Of a stretch of 64,000 nucleotides of DNA, positions 48,424 through 56,558 are shown piece after piece (the first letter of the stretch is position 1; each line of letters begins with the position of its first letter). The DNA is from a virus, in IMG/VR virus record IMGVR_UViG_3300046787_000675, positions 96,706-160,705 of that record; one strand, given 5' to 3'. The notes under the pieces are model-generated. The model did not search any database and had not been told where the DNA came from. It saw only the letters and a list, made by a program, of their open reading frames with translations. The translations under genes were made by a program, and so were the position numbers.

Positions 48424-48445
48424 ATGAAATAATCTCCTTTATTGA

Positions 48446-48991
48446 TTATACTCTAGCAGGGTTGTAACACGGCCAGAAGTTAATTACTTGTTGTCCATAT
48501 ACGCTTGAGTAAACAGACTTAGCAACTACCCCTACACAGTTAGTATCAAGAGGGATTTTACCCGAACTTAAAGATACTGGGGCGAGGAGACCTTCTTGCT
48601 CTGCACCGGCATTAAGAATTTCAGCACCGGTTAACGGGGCGTTGATCGCGAAGTCAGCCGCATCGAAATTCTCTAAATCGACAGCCGTAGTCATGAGTTC
48701 ATAACCGCCTGAAGCTACGAATGCACTGTTTACACCGCCGGATGTATTACCAGTATCGGAAGCAGCATCATAGTCAGTTGAGTCATTGATTGCAAACATA
48801 GGCATAGCAACAAGAGATGAATTTAAACCTTGACGGAATAAACCGGCAGAAGTTAATGTAATCAGTGCGCCTCTACGGAAATCAGCATCATTTGCTCTTC
48901 CCGCATAGAATTGAAGGTCGTGCATACCGTCTGAGCCTGATACGGCTGTCAAGAGGTATGTATAGTTTTGACCTGGGTTAAGTTGAAACAT
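48446..48991 (-). CDS. putative head decoration/cement protein
   Basis: 181 aa directly upstream of MCP; GALITL...NAPLT...VGVV beta-tulip-like pattern. Confidence 0.6.
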   Translation of the reverse strand: MFQLNPGQNYTYLLTAVSGSDGMHDLQFYAGRANDADFRRGALITLTSAGLFRQGLNSSLVAMPMFAINDSTDYDAASDTGNTSGGVNSAFVASGGYELMTTAVDLENFDAADFAINAPLTGAEILNAGAEQEGLLAPVSLSSGKIPLDTNCVGVVAKSVYSSVYGQQVINFWPCYNPARV

Positions 48992-49002
48992 ATATGTTCT
49001 CC

Positions 49003-49455
49003 TTAGTTATTTAATTTTTGTCTTAGACGAGCCATTGACTGATCCCAATTGACATCTGAATCCTTACTACCCTGTACTGTAGCAGTAGTGGGGGATGCTT
49101 GTTTGTCTATAGAACCTAAGCTAGGCAAGCCTTTCTTATTTACTGTATTCTCTGCAAGTTTTTCCAAGAAGGTCCCTAAGTACGCGTTATCTGTCATAGC
49201 GGCAGATATAAACCCTTTACGGTTAGCTTCTTTGAGAAAACCAGCTTCGATTACAGCATTTGCTAATTTGTCCGCACTGTCAGCGTTTATTCCTGACTTT
49301 ACGACAACCTGTTGGGCAGCTTCTTTCTGATTGAAAGCACCTTCTACCTGTGTTAAAAGATTTGTTAATCTGTTAATTTGGTTTGCTTGCTTTTCTATCA
49401 AAGCTTGAGAGGCTTGAATATACTGAGCCACTTCGTGCTGTACTCTTATATCCAT
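49003..49455 (-). CDS. scaffold-associated head protein
   Basis: Coiled coil with six KxA motifs in 150 aa. Confidence 0.6.
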   Translation of the reverse strand: MDIRVQHEVAQYIQASQALIEKQANQINRLTNLLTQVEGAFNQKEAAQQVVVKSGINADSADKLANAVIEAGFLKEANRKGFISAAMTDNAYLGTFLEKLAENTVNKKGLPSLGSIDKQASPTTATVQGSKDSDVNWDQSMARLRQKLNN

Positions 49456-49474
49456 AATTAATTCGCCTCCTTTA

Positions 49475-50407
49475 TTACGATAAACTATTTTTTAAAATAG
49501 ATTTTATCGCATTGACATTGTTACGTTTTTGTTCAGCTGCTGTTTTTTGAACTTCACCTTCTGCTGGAGCGCTAACGCCTTCTGCGTTTATCTCACTCAA
49601 GGCTTGGGCAAGATCTTCTTCGGTAGCTCCTTGGGCTTTTAATTCCTCAATAATAGCTACTGCTTCTTGGAGGTCTTCAGGCGTAGCACCTGATTCTGCC
49701 AAAATATTGGAGATCTGTTCTAATTCTGCTTCGCTTGGAGCTCCACCTTCAGCAGGAGCGGCTGCGGCTTCCGGTGGTAAAGCTTCTGGAGCTGCAGCTT
49801 CTGGAGGTAAAGCATCAACAGGTAAAATATCTTCTGGAGTTTCCATAGCAATCTTATCTAAAAGATTACCGATACCGCCGGCTTGTTGGATTAGAGGGGC
49901 GAGGCTGGCATTCTTTTGAAAACCTTCTTCATCTCTCTGTCTGGCAGCGAAACCTGCTAAAAAAGATAAAGCATAGTCATTACCTTTTTGGATAGCTACT
50001 TTTTCAAGTTCGGTGTATTGTTTTTCTACACTGGCTTGTTTTTGCATACCCATTAAAGTATTAACCAGGCTGTTTGCTACTTTAGTGATTCTTGCTTGTT
50101 CTGCTGCTGTTTTTTGCACTTGGCCAATTTCCTCTTTAACAATATTACCGATGTTGCCTTGTGTAACTTTATCATCGACATATAATGTTTTTGTGCCTTG
50201 ATCGTCTGTAGGTTTGTCACCCATAGATCTGTTATTATCTTTCTCATCTTCGATAGTTGAGCCAGACGCTTTAGCTGCTTTAGATTGTTCAAGACCGAGA
50301 TTGGTCTGTTTATCTTTGGCAACAAATGAAGTATCCATAGCTACTTTTTCACGAAATGGGCGCAGATACTGTTCAATCGCATCCATAGTATCTAATTGAT
50401 TTGACAT
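49475..50407 (-). CDS. putative prohead scaffold/core protein
   Basis: Acidic Ala/Glu/Gln-rich with about 8 KxA motifs; downstream of protease. Confidence 0.65.
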   Translation of the reverse strand: MSNQLDTMDAIEQYLRPFREKVAMDTSFVAKDKQTNLGLEQSKAAKASGSTIEDEKDNNRSMGDKPTDDQGTKTLYVDDKVTQGNIGNIVKEEIGQVQKTAAEQARITKVANSLVNTLMGMQKQASVEKQYTELEKVAIQKGNDYALSFLAGFAARQRDEEGFQKNASLAPLIQQAGGIGNLLDKIAMETPEDILPVDALPPEAAAPEALPPEAAAAPAEGGAPSEAELEQISNILAESGATPEDLQEAVAIIEELKAQGATEEDLAQALSEINAEGVSAPAEGEVQKTAAEQKRNNVNAIKSILKNSLS

Positions 50408-50505
50408 TGTGTTCTACCTTTAATTTTTAGAACTAACTAGTTCTAGATTAATAATTTTAGATAACCTTATCGATTATCTAGTGCACTATTGCTAACCAGC
50501 TTATA

Positions 50506-53100
50506 CTAGTGCATATTATACATAGTTACTAACTTAGCATCTTTATCCCTGCCGCTGAGGTATGATAACTCATACTTAGCATATTCTTTTGCAAGATATA
50601 CGCTTTCGGCGGTTGGCTGTGTTAGTTTCTTGCAGTTTGCTTCTTTAGATATAGGGTTAACAACGATTATTTTTAATACTCGTTTATTTAATGGTCCTTC
50701 ATCCATAGAATGACTATCTACAAGATTACCTATTATATCATCTAGACCAGACCAATGACCTGTTTCTTTTGGTGTATATGATCCGTCTTCTACTGCCTCA
50801 GTTCCTTCCTCTTTTAATTTCTGAAAGATACTAGGCAAAGCGCTTGTTATATCCTCAAGACCCTCGATGTTTCCTTTAGGTTTCTTGAGAACTATCCTTA
50901 TAAACGATTTAGGAGGTAGTAATATACCTTTCTTATTACATCTGCTTATAACATCGTCTAACGGATAATTGCAAAGCTTACACATAGACTCTTCGTCTAA
51001 TTCGTCCGAAAAGCTATTTGATAGTAACTTAACATCACTATCTGCGTGTTCAAGCTGTATTCGTTTTTCCATATCAGCTAATTTCTCTAATAAGCGTGCT
51101 CTTCTGCCCACTTCTTCCCCTGCCAGCTTATCAATTAAGCTATGCGGGATATATAAACCTTTATTAATTTCTCTGTCAATTGCGAATACGTCTTCGCTTT
51201 TATAATTCTCTGAAGCTACTTTAGATAGACCAAATGCTATTCTATCCGCAGGTTTATCTACACAAGATATGTCGTGGAAGTGAGGCTGGTCATTATACAT
51301 AAATATTTGACTGCCTTCTTTAGTAAGTTCCAATTTATTATATTTTACATGGTTACAATAATCTGATAATACTTTTGCTTTATTGCCGCATACAGAACAG
51401 TTATGTACTGCTACTCCATTGGCTATGTAGGATTCGTCACCCTCTACAGACATATTATACACAACTTCATCTACAGCTTCAATCTCCCTTATAGACACAA
51501 CAGGTGTATATACATAATCACCTACCAACCTAGTCTTGGTAGCGGTTGCCCTAGTAGACCAGGCTGTAATGTATCCTGCTTTTACGGATAGATCTTTAAG
51601 CTCTTCTAAAAGGTCCCTCGACAGACAAACTACAAAAATATTTCCCGAGCTACTATAGTCCGAATTATAATAAGGTTGTCTATTTACAGATATACCGAAC
51701 CCTGCTGACGCAGCTTGTCTTGTTAAAGTATGTGCTAAATTTCTAGATGTTACTGTTATTCGTCCGTACTGTTTATCTACATCTACATGTCCGTCGGAGT
51801 CTAACATACCTGCTACAAAATTTAGTGCTTGTTTAGGTGGAAGAACGCCTGTTAATGTTTTATATAAGCTATATTCCTTACAATATTTTCGACAAAGAGT
51901 AGCTAATCTCTGATCATACATAGATAATTTTACAGCTCCTTTATCATCATATTTACGGCATTCTTTACCTGTTATTGCATATAAAGTAGACGCAACTCTA
52001 TCTATTATAGCTGGGTGTTTTAGGTCTAATGTAAAACTAACCCCCATATCTTTAATAGGATCTTTATCCTTATTCTTCCCTCCTCGCTGCTTAATGAGGT
52101 GCCCATCTCCGGCATACATTCCTAATATATACGCTTCATCCTCAGATATATCAGTAATATCAGCCTTAGCAACAGGGTATACTAGGCAATCTCCTATTCT
52201 TAGATCCTGCGCAGCTATCCACTCTGGAACAGCTATATACTTAGAACATACAGCACATATCAAACTTCCATCTTTAGGAACGCATTTACGTTTACCTGTC
52301 GCGGTACTTCCTTGACATACTGTTAATTTATCTCTGGGGACTACTAAGTAAGGGTGGTTACCTGTAACGTAAGACTCTTCTGAGATATCCCCTGAGGATA
52401 TAATACTATACATAGCTCCTGAGTAAATATTACGCATGGTTGTTAAAACCTTCTTCCATGCCCCGGTATGTGTACGGACATTGTCTCCTTGTTCTATGTC
52501 TTCTATATTTTTTAATCCATGTTCTGTTTCTATAGAAGTACCTTTAGTAAAACACACGTCGTAAGGTAAACCGGCACCCATACTCCAGAAGACATTGCCT
52601 TTGTCCGATGCAAGTTTATTTAACTCGTCTGACCATAGTTCTTCCGGGAGTTTAACAATTAGCTCACCTCTATCCATTTTATCGTTATATGCTTCCAGAA
52701 CAACTTCCCCAAGAGGTTTACCATTCTTTCTACCGTTTACATGGTTTCTGTAAGGTTTAGCGTACTTTAAGAAAGTGTTATGATACTCTTTTAAACCGCC
52801 TCCCAGGAGCATGCTTTTCGGACCTTTAGGTTCTTCAAATTCAACCCGGCGTGCTTCTTTATTAAAGTAGTCCGCGTTGTTATTAGCTCCGTATCTCTCT
52901 CCGGATCCTGTAGTAATTAAATGTACAAAACCAAAACCTTTCTCCGGCTTTATATCTGCTGCTTTAAACAGGAAATAGTCGTCGGAGGCGATCTTCTGCA
53001 GCTCGTGTCTATCAAGTCCTTTAGCGAAACTACCGATAAGATGAGAAGTCTTGCAGATATCCTTAAAAGTCTGAGAAGGTTGTATGTACTTATTTAGCAT
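50506..53100 (-). CDS. prohead maturation protease with intein
   Basis: NNNADYF, YRNH.N, VFWSMGAGLPYDV|CSVCG..CNH and FHDISCVDKPADRIA motifs typical of large-phage prohead proteases; position upstream of scaffold/MCP. Confidence 0.75.
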   Translation of the reverse strand: MLNKYIQPSQTFKDICKTSHLIGSFAKGLDRHELQKIASDDYFLFKAADIKPEKGFGFVHLITTGSGERYGANNNADYFNKEARRVEFEEPKGPKSMLLGGGLKEYHNTFLKYAKPYRNHVNGRKNGKPLGEVVLEAYNDKMDRGELIVKLPEELWSDELNKLASDKGNVFWSMGAGLPYDVCFTKGTSIETEHGLKNIEDIEQGDNVRTHTGAWKKVLTTMRNIYSGAMYSIISSGDISEESYVTGNHPYLVVPRDKLTVCQGSTATGKRKCVPKDGSLICAVCSKYIAVPEWIAAQDLRIGDCLVYPVAKADITDISEDEAYILGMYAGDGHLIKQRGGKNKDKDPIKDMGVSFTLDLKHPAIIDRVASTLYAITGKECRKYDDKGAVKLSMYDQRLATLCRKYCKEYSLYKTLTGVLPPKQALNFVAGMLDSDGHVDVDKQYGRITVTSRNLAHTLTRQAASAGFGISVNRQPYYNSDYSSSGNIFVVCLSRDLLEELKDLSVKAGYITAWSTRATATKTRLVGDYVYTPVVSIREIEAVDEVVYNMSVEGDESYIANGVAVHNCSVCGNKAKVLSDYCNHVKYNKLELTKEGSQIFMYNDQPHFHDISCVDKPADRIAFGLSKVASENYKSEDVFAIDREINKGLYIPHSLIDKLAGEEVGRRARLLEKLADMEKRIQLEHADSDVKLLSNSFSDELDEESMCKLCNYPLDDVISRCNKKGILLPPKSFIRIVLKKPKGNIEGLEDITSALPSIFQKLKEEGTEAVEDGSYTPKETGHWSGLDDIIGNLVDSHSMDEGPLNKRVLKIIVVNPISKEANCKKLTQPTAESVYLAKEYAKYELSYLSGRDKDAKLVTMYNMH
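51400..52554 (-). mobile_element. intein with LAGLIDADG homing endonuclease (385 aa) in protease
   Basis: CFTKGTSIET start; TGNHPY block B; ILGMYAGDG and FVAGMLDSDG; VYNMSVEGDESYIANGVAVHN|C end. Confidence 0.92.
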
Positions 53101-54334
53101 CGTCCTTACCTTTATTTTTGGTATCTTCAGCTACAGGTTTTTTATCTTCTTTGGCAGGTTGTCGCGAATCTGCCAGATCTTTTTCAACCTTATAAGCTTG
53201 ACCGATCTCATATAAATCTTTACGACCGTTAGTCTCTAGTTGTTGTAACATTAGAGATGATGCTGCAGCCGGGCTATTTGCCAATAATACTGGATGACTG
53301 TCAGCTAAGGCATTCCACGCCCCTACTATTTGACTATGTGTATAGTTTTTAAAGTTAGGATTGTCGTTTATAATGCTATAGAGCGTTCTTTTAGCTTCCA
53401 GAGCTTTTATCTTATTATAATAACTTGGATCCAATGCATCTCCGACAGTTTTTTCTTTGGTAGGTTGTACAAATAAAGCTTTCTCTTTATTGTCACCGAC
53501 ACTATTGGCCAAGGAAGCGGTTAAAAATCTTTGGAGGTTATCCGATACAAAGTTAGCTTCTTTTTGAAGTTGTTCGTGCCATTGCTCTGCCCGCGCTAAT
53601 TTATGCGCTGATTCATAAGCTCTCTGCATAGAAAGAAAAGGCTCTTCTGCAGGAGGGAAATAACCGGAAGCAGTTTTCTGAAGGCATTCATCTGCAATAG
53701 GGACATTCAGCCTGGCGGATACAATCTTCATCATTTTAGCTCCTACCTCCGGATAAATGTTTACAGCCTTACGAGCTGTTTTTTCCAGGGTTTTAGGAAG
53801 CATATAACTACAGGTGTCGCAAATCTTATCTATAGCTTTCATAAAATCATATTTGTGTTTATTGAGCTCAAATTTAGCTACCTTTTCCATATTACCGAAA
53901 AAGTCTGCTTGTTGAGTTAAAGCCCTGGTATAGGAGCTTGCGCTAAGTTCTGGATCCTTACGGTAGACTTCTTTAGTCTTAGCCTCTTTAAATAAAGGAC
54001 TGAGTAGATCTACTGTATTGAGGTTAGGAGGTAACGAAAAAGACCTTTTTGCCTCTTTCTGTTTTTCTTCGTAGATATTAGATACTATGACAGATGTATC
54101 TGCCAAGTCGAAAGGATGATGCCGTGTATCGGCACTTGCCTCTTTCATAATATGTACTGCTTTAGCTTTATTGAATCCTTCGACCATTCTAGCTATAAAA
54201 TTAGGTGTGTAGTTTTCGCGACGTGCAACTTTCTCTAGTGCCTCATTAGGCGTATCTCCCTGTTTAGTAAAGGCTATAGCATCTGTAACGGCACTGATAA
54301 GTTTATTCTGTTCTGTTGGACTGAGTGTTTTCAT
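53090..54334 (-). CDS. putative head core protein
   Basis: 414 aa, helical, about 9 KxA motifs, overlaps the protease start. Confidence 0.6.
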   Translation of the reverse strand: MKTLSPTEQNKLISAVTDAIAFTKQGDTPNEALEKVARRENYTPNFIARMVEGFNKAKAVHIMKEASADTRHHPFDLADTSVIVSNIYEEKQKEAKRSFSLPPNLNTVDLLSPLFKEAKTKEVYRKDPELSASSYTRALTQQADFFGNMEKVAKFELNKHKYDFMKAIDKICDTCSYMLPKTLEKTARKAVNIYPEVGAKMMKIVSARLNVPIADECLQKTASGYFPPAEEPFLSMQRAYESAHKLARAEQWHEQLQKEANFVSDNLQRFLTASLANSVGDNKEKALFVQPTKEKTVGDALDPSYYNKIKALEAKRTLYSIINDNPNFKNYTHSQIVGAWNALADSHPVLLANSPAAASSLMLQQLETNGRKDLYEIGQAYKVEKDLADSRQPAKEDKKPVAEDTKNKGKDDAK

Positions 54335-54343
54335 TTTTATTTC

Positions 54344-56443
54344 CTATTCGGTATGTGCTGTTGCAATATCTGTAGATAGATTACCCAGTGTATTTTCTGC
54401 TTGATCCGGGTGGAATGTTGTTTTTTCTTTGAGGAAAATAACAAGGTCGCCTGTTGCTAAGAATACTTCTTTAAGATGAGAATGTAATTCTTTCATCTTG
54501 TCCTTTCCATGTCTATCCTCAAAGGCATCGTTATGCCAGTAGTACAGAAACAATAGTCGTCCTAGTGCATCCAGACCTTTAATCAAGGCGGAAGTATAAT
54601 CTTTACGTAGTTCCGAAATATCTGCTTTATCGACTAATTGTTTTATAACAGATACATCGAGTACTTCTTTTATACCTGACCCTGCGGCTTCCTGTGCTTT
54701 ATTAATAGCTTCCTGTGGTAATATTGCTTTACCTTTTTTAGTTTGGATTGTCTCAACAATAGGTTGTTTTTCTTTACCTCTTGGCCCACCCATGAAAGGT
54801 TTAAAAGAAGAATCTCGGTATGAGTTCAGATTAAAGGCAGCGGATTCTTTATATAAATATCTTTTCTTATGTCCCGGCGAGCTATGTGCTTCTTTTAGCA
54901 TCCGGATAACATCTTGACCTTCTATCCCGTAACCTTCACATAGTATTTTTGCCATGGCTTCTTTAGGAATAAACGGTGTATTGCCGTTTGCATCCGTCAA
55001 GCTTCCGTAGTTGGCATTACTGCCCATATTTACTTCAACACAGCCTAAACCTTTAGACGTATATGCTTTGATTGAGAATAGGGAAGGCATGCCGTATTTA
55101 GGTTCGGACTTTCTATTTTGTACAAACATACGGCAATCATCCGAAGGTACATATAATTTATCTTCTTTAGCTATTAGTTTACCTTCGTCGGTAAAAACAA
55201 CTAACATTTCCTTTCTATTGGAAAGACCGTCATAAAGATTAACATAGATATTGCCGGAGAAGTCAGAAGCATAACGACTGAGATCTGCTTTAATAACATT
55301 ATGTGTGGAGTGGACGAATAACAGGCTGGTCATATCTTTGATATCGCGTATAGACCTGGCTGAAGCTTTCATTCCACCTTGTTTGTTTTCGATTTTATTC
55401 CTGTCTAATCCTGTTGTGGGTTTAGCGAATACATCTGCAGCTTTAACCCAGAAAAAGTCGTGACTGGAATCAATAGGAATAAGTGCAACATGAGAAGTTG
55501 TATTCTTACAGTGTCCGTCTGCCCCTCTATTAGGTTTAACAATAATATACTTCTCCAGTGTCCCGTCCTTTAATAATACATCATAGATACCAGGGGAAGT
55601 AGGATTTTGGAAATTTCCTGAATCAACTTCTTCGTGAAATACTTTGGTAAAATTAGTCCTATGATCTTTGATGTATATGCCGTTTTTAACGAGTAGTTTT
55701 TTCTCGTTATCGTCTAGCTCTTTAGCTTCTTTGCTTAGTTTATCCTTGATGTAGATTACTTTATTCGGTTCTACTACAGGAATAACATCTCTGTATATGA
55801 TCGCCTGTTTAGCTACTTTCTCGATATGGTCTAAGCTATGTACTTGGAATAGAGCATTTGCGAATTCTGGATCTTTAAGGAATGTATTGACAAATAATGA
55901 ACTTGCCTCTTTAGGTAATGCTTCTAATGCTCCGTCGAGAGAAGGAAGATATTGTTTCTCTACGCCTTCCCCTAATCTCTTAAACATGTTATCTACAGCT
56001 TCTTTTTCCAGGAACGAATTATTACCAAAAGAAGACGCAGCTAATTTAAATATAGAACTATCTGGAGAAAAGGTATTGGTGTTCTCAGAAGATGCTCCTA
56101 AACCGTTGTTGTTAATTTCGCTATTGGTTGCTGTAGAGCCAAGTATCTGTACTCCCTGGTCATTGATAGCTGCAATGAATGTATCTGTTGCAGGTACAAA
56201 CATATCTTTATTTTTTATGTATAGTAACTCAAATCCTTCCAGAGCACCTTTTATAAAGAATATCGGAATATATAACCAGACATTATTAACCACAAAGGCA
56301 TAAATACCTACGGCTTTTGTATCGTCGTCTGTTTTATCAATAATCTGAAATCCTACTCTATATTCTACTAGAGACGGAAGTCTTTCGTTAAGCTCCGCGT
56401 CAACTAACTGTCCAAAACGTTGCTCAAATGATATCTCTGCCAT
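54344..56443 (-). CDS. putative head core protein
   Basis: 699 aa, about 9 KxA motifs clustered at apparent domain boundaries. Confidence 0.55.
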   Translation of the reverse strand: MAEISFEQRFGQLVDAELNERLPSLVEYRVGFQIIDKTDDDTKAVGIYAFVVNNVWLYIPIFFIKGALEGFELLYIKNKDMFVPATDTFIAAINDQGVQILGSTATNSEINNNGLGASSENTNTFSPDSSIFKLAASSFGNNSFLEKEAVDNMFKRLGEGVEKQYLPSLDGALEALPKEASSLFVNTFLKDPEFANALFQVHSLDHIEKVAKQAIIYRDVIPVVEPNKVIYIKDKLSKEAKELDDNEKKLLVKNGIYIKDHRTNFTKVFHEEVDSGNFQNPTSPGIYDVLLKDGTLEKYIIVKPNRGADGHCKNTTSHVALIPIDSSHDFFWVKAADVFAKPTTGLDRNKIENKQGGMKASARSIRDIKDMTSLLFVHSTHNVIKADLSRYASDFSGNIYVNLYDGLSNRKEMLVVFTDEGKLIAKEDKLYVPSDDCRMFVQNRKSEPKYGMPSLFSIKAYTSKGLGCVEVNMGSNANYGSLTDANGNTPFIPKEAMAKILCEGYGIEGQDVIRMLKEAHSSPGHKKRYLYKESAAFNLNSYRDSSFKPFMGGPRGKEKQPIVETIQTKKGKAILPQEAINKAQEAAGSGIKEVLDVSVIKQLVDKADISELRKDYTSALIKGLDALGRLLFLYYWHNDAFEDRHGKDKMKELHSHLKEVFLATGDLVIFLKEKTTFHPDQAENTLGNLSTDIATAHTE

Positions 56444-56558
56444 TATCTGATCCTATGTTAATCCGCTCGTTTTTATTTAAATTCATACTTTCTTATAAAA
56501 TACCTTGTTTTACAGTAAAGACAACATAACACTAATTTAATATGAAAATTTATCTTAT

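Noticed and set aside
54344-56443. Portal protein call
   Set aside because: Size and position are compatible but I recognise no portal motifs; portal and terminase probably lie outside the window
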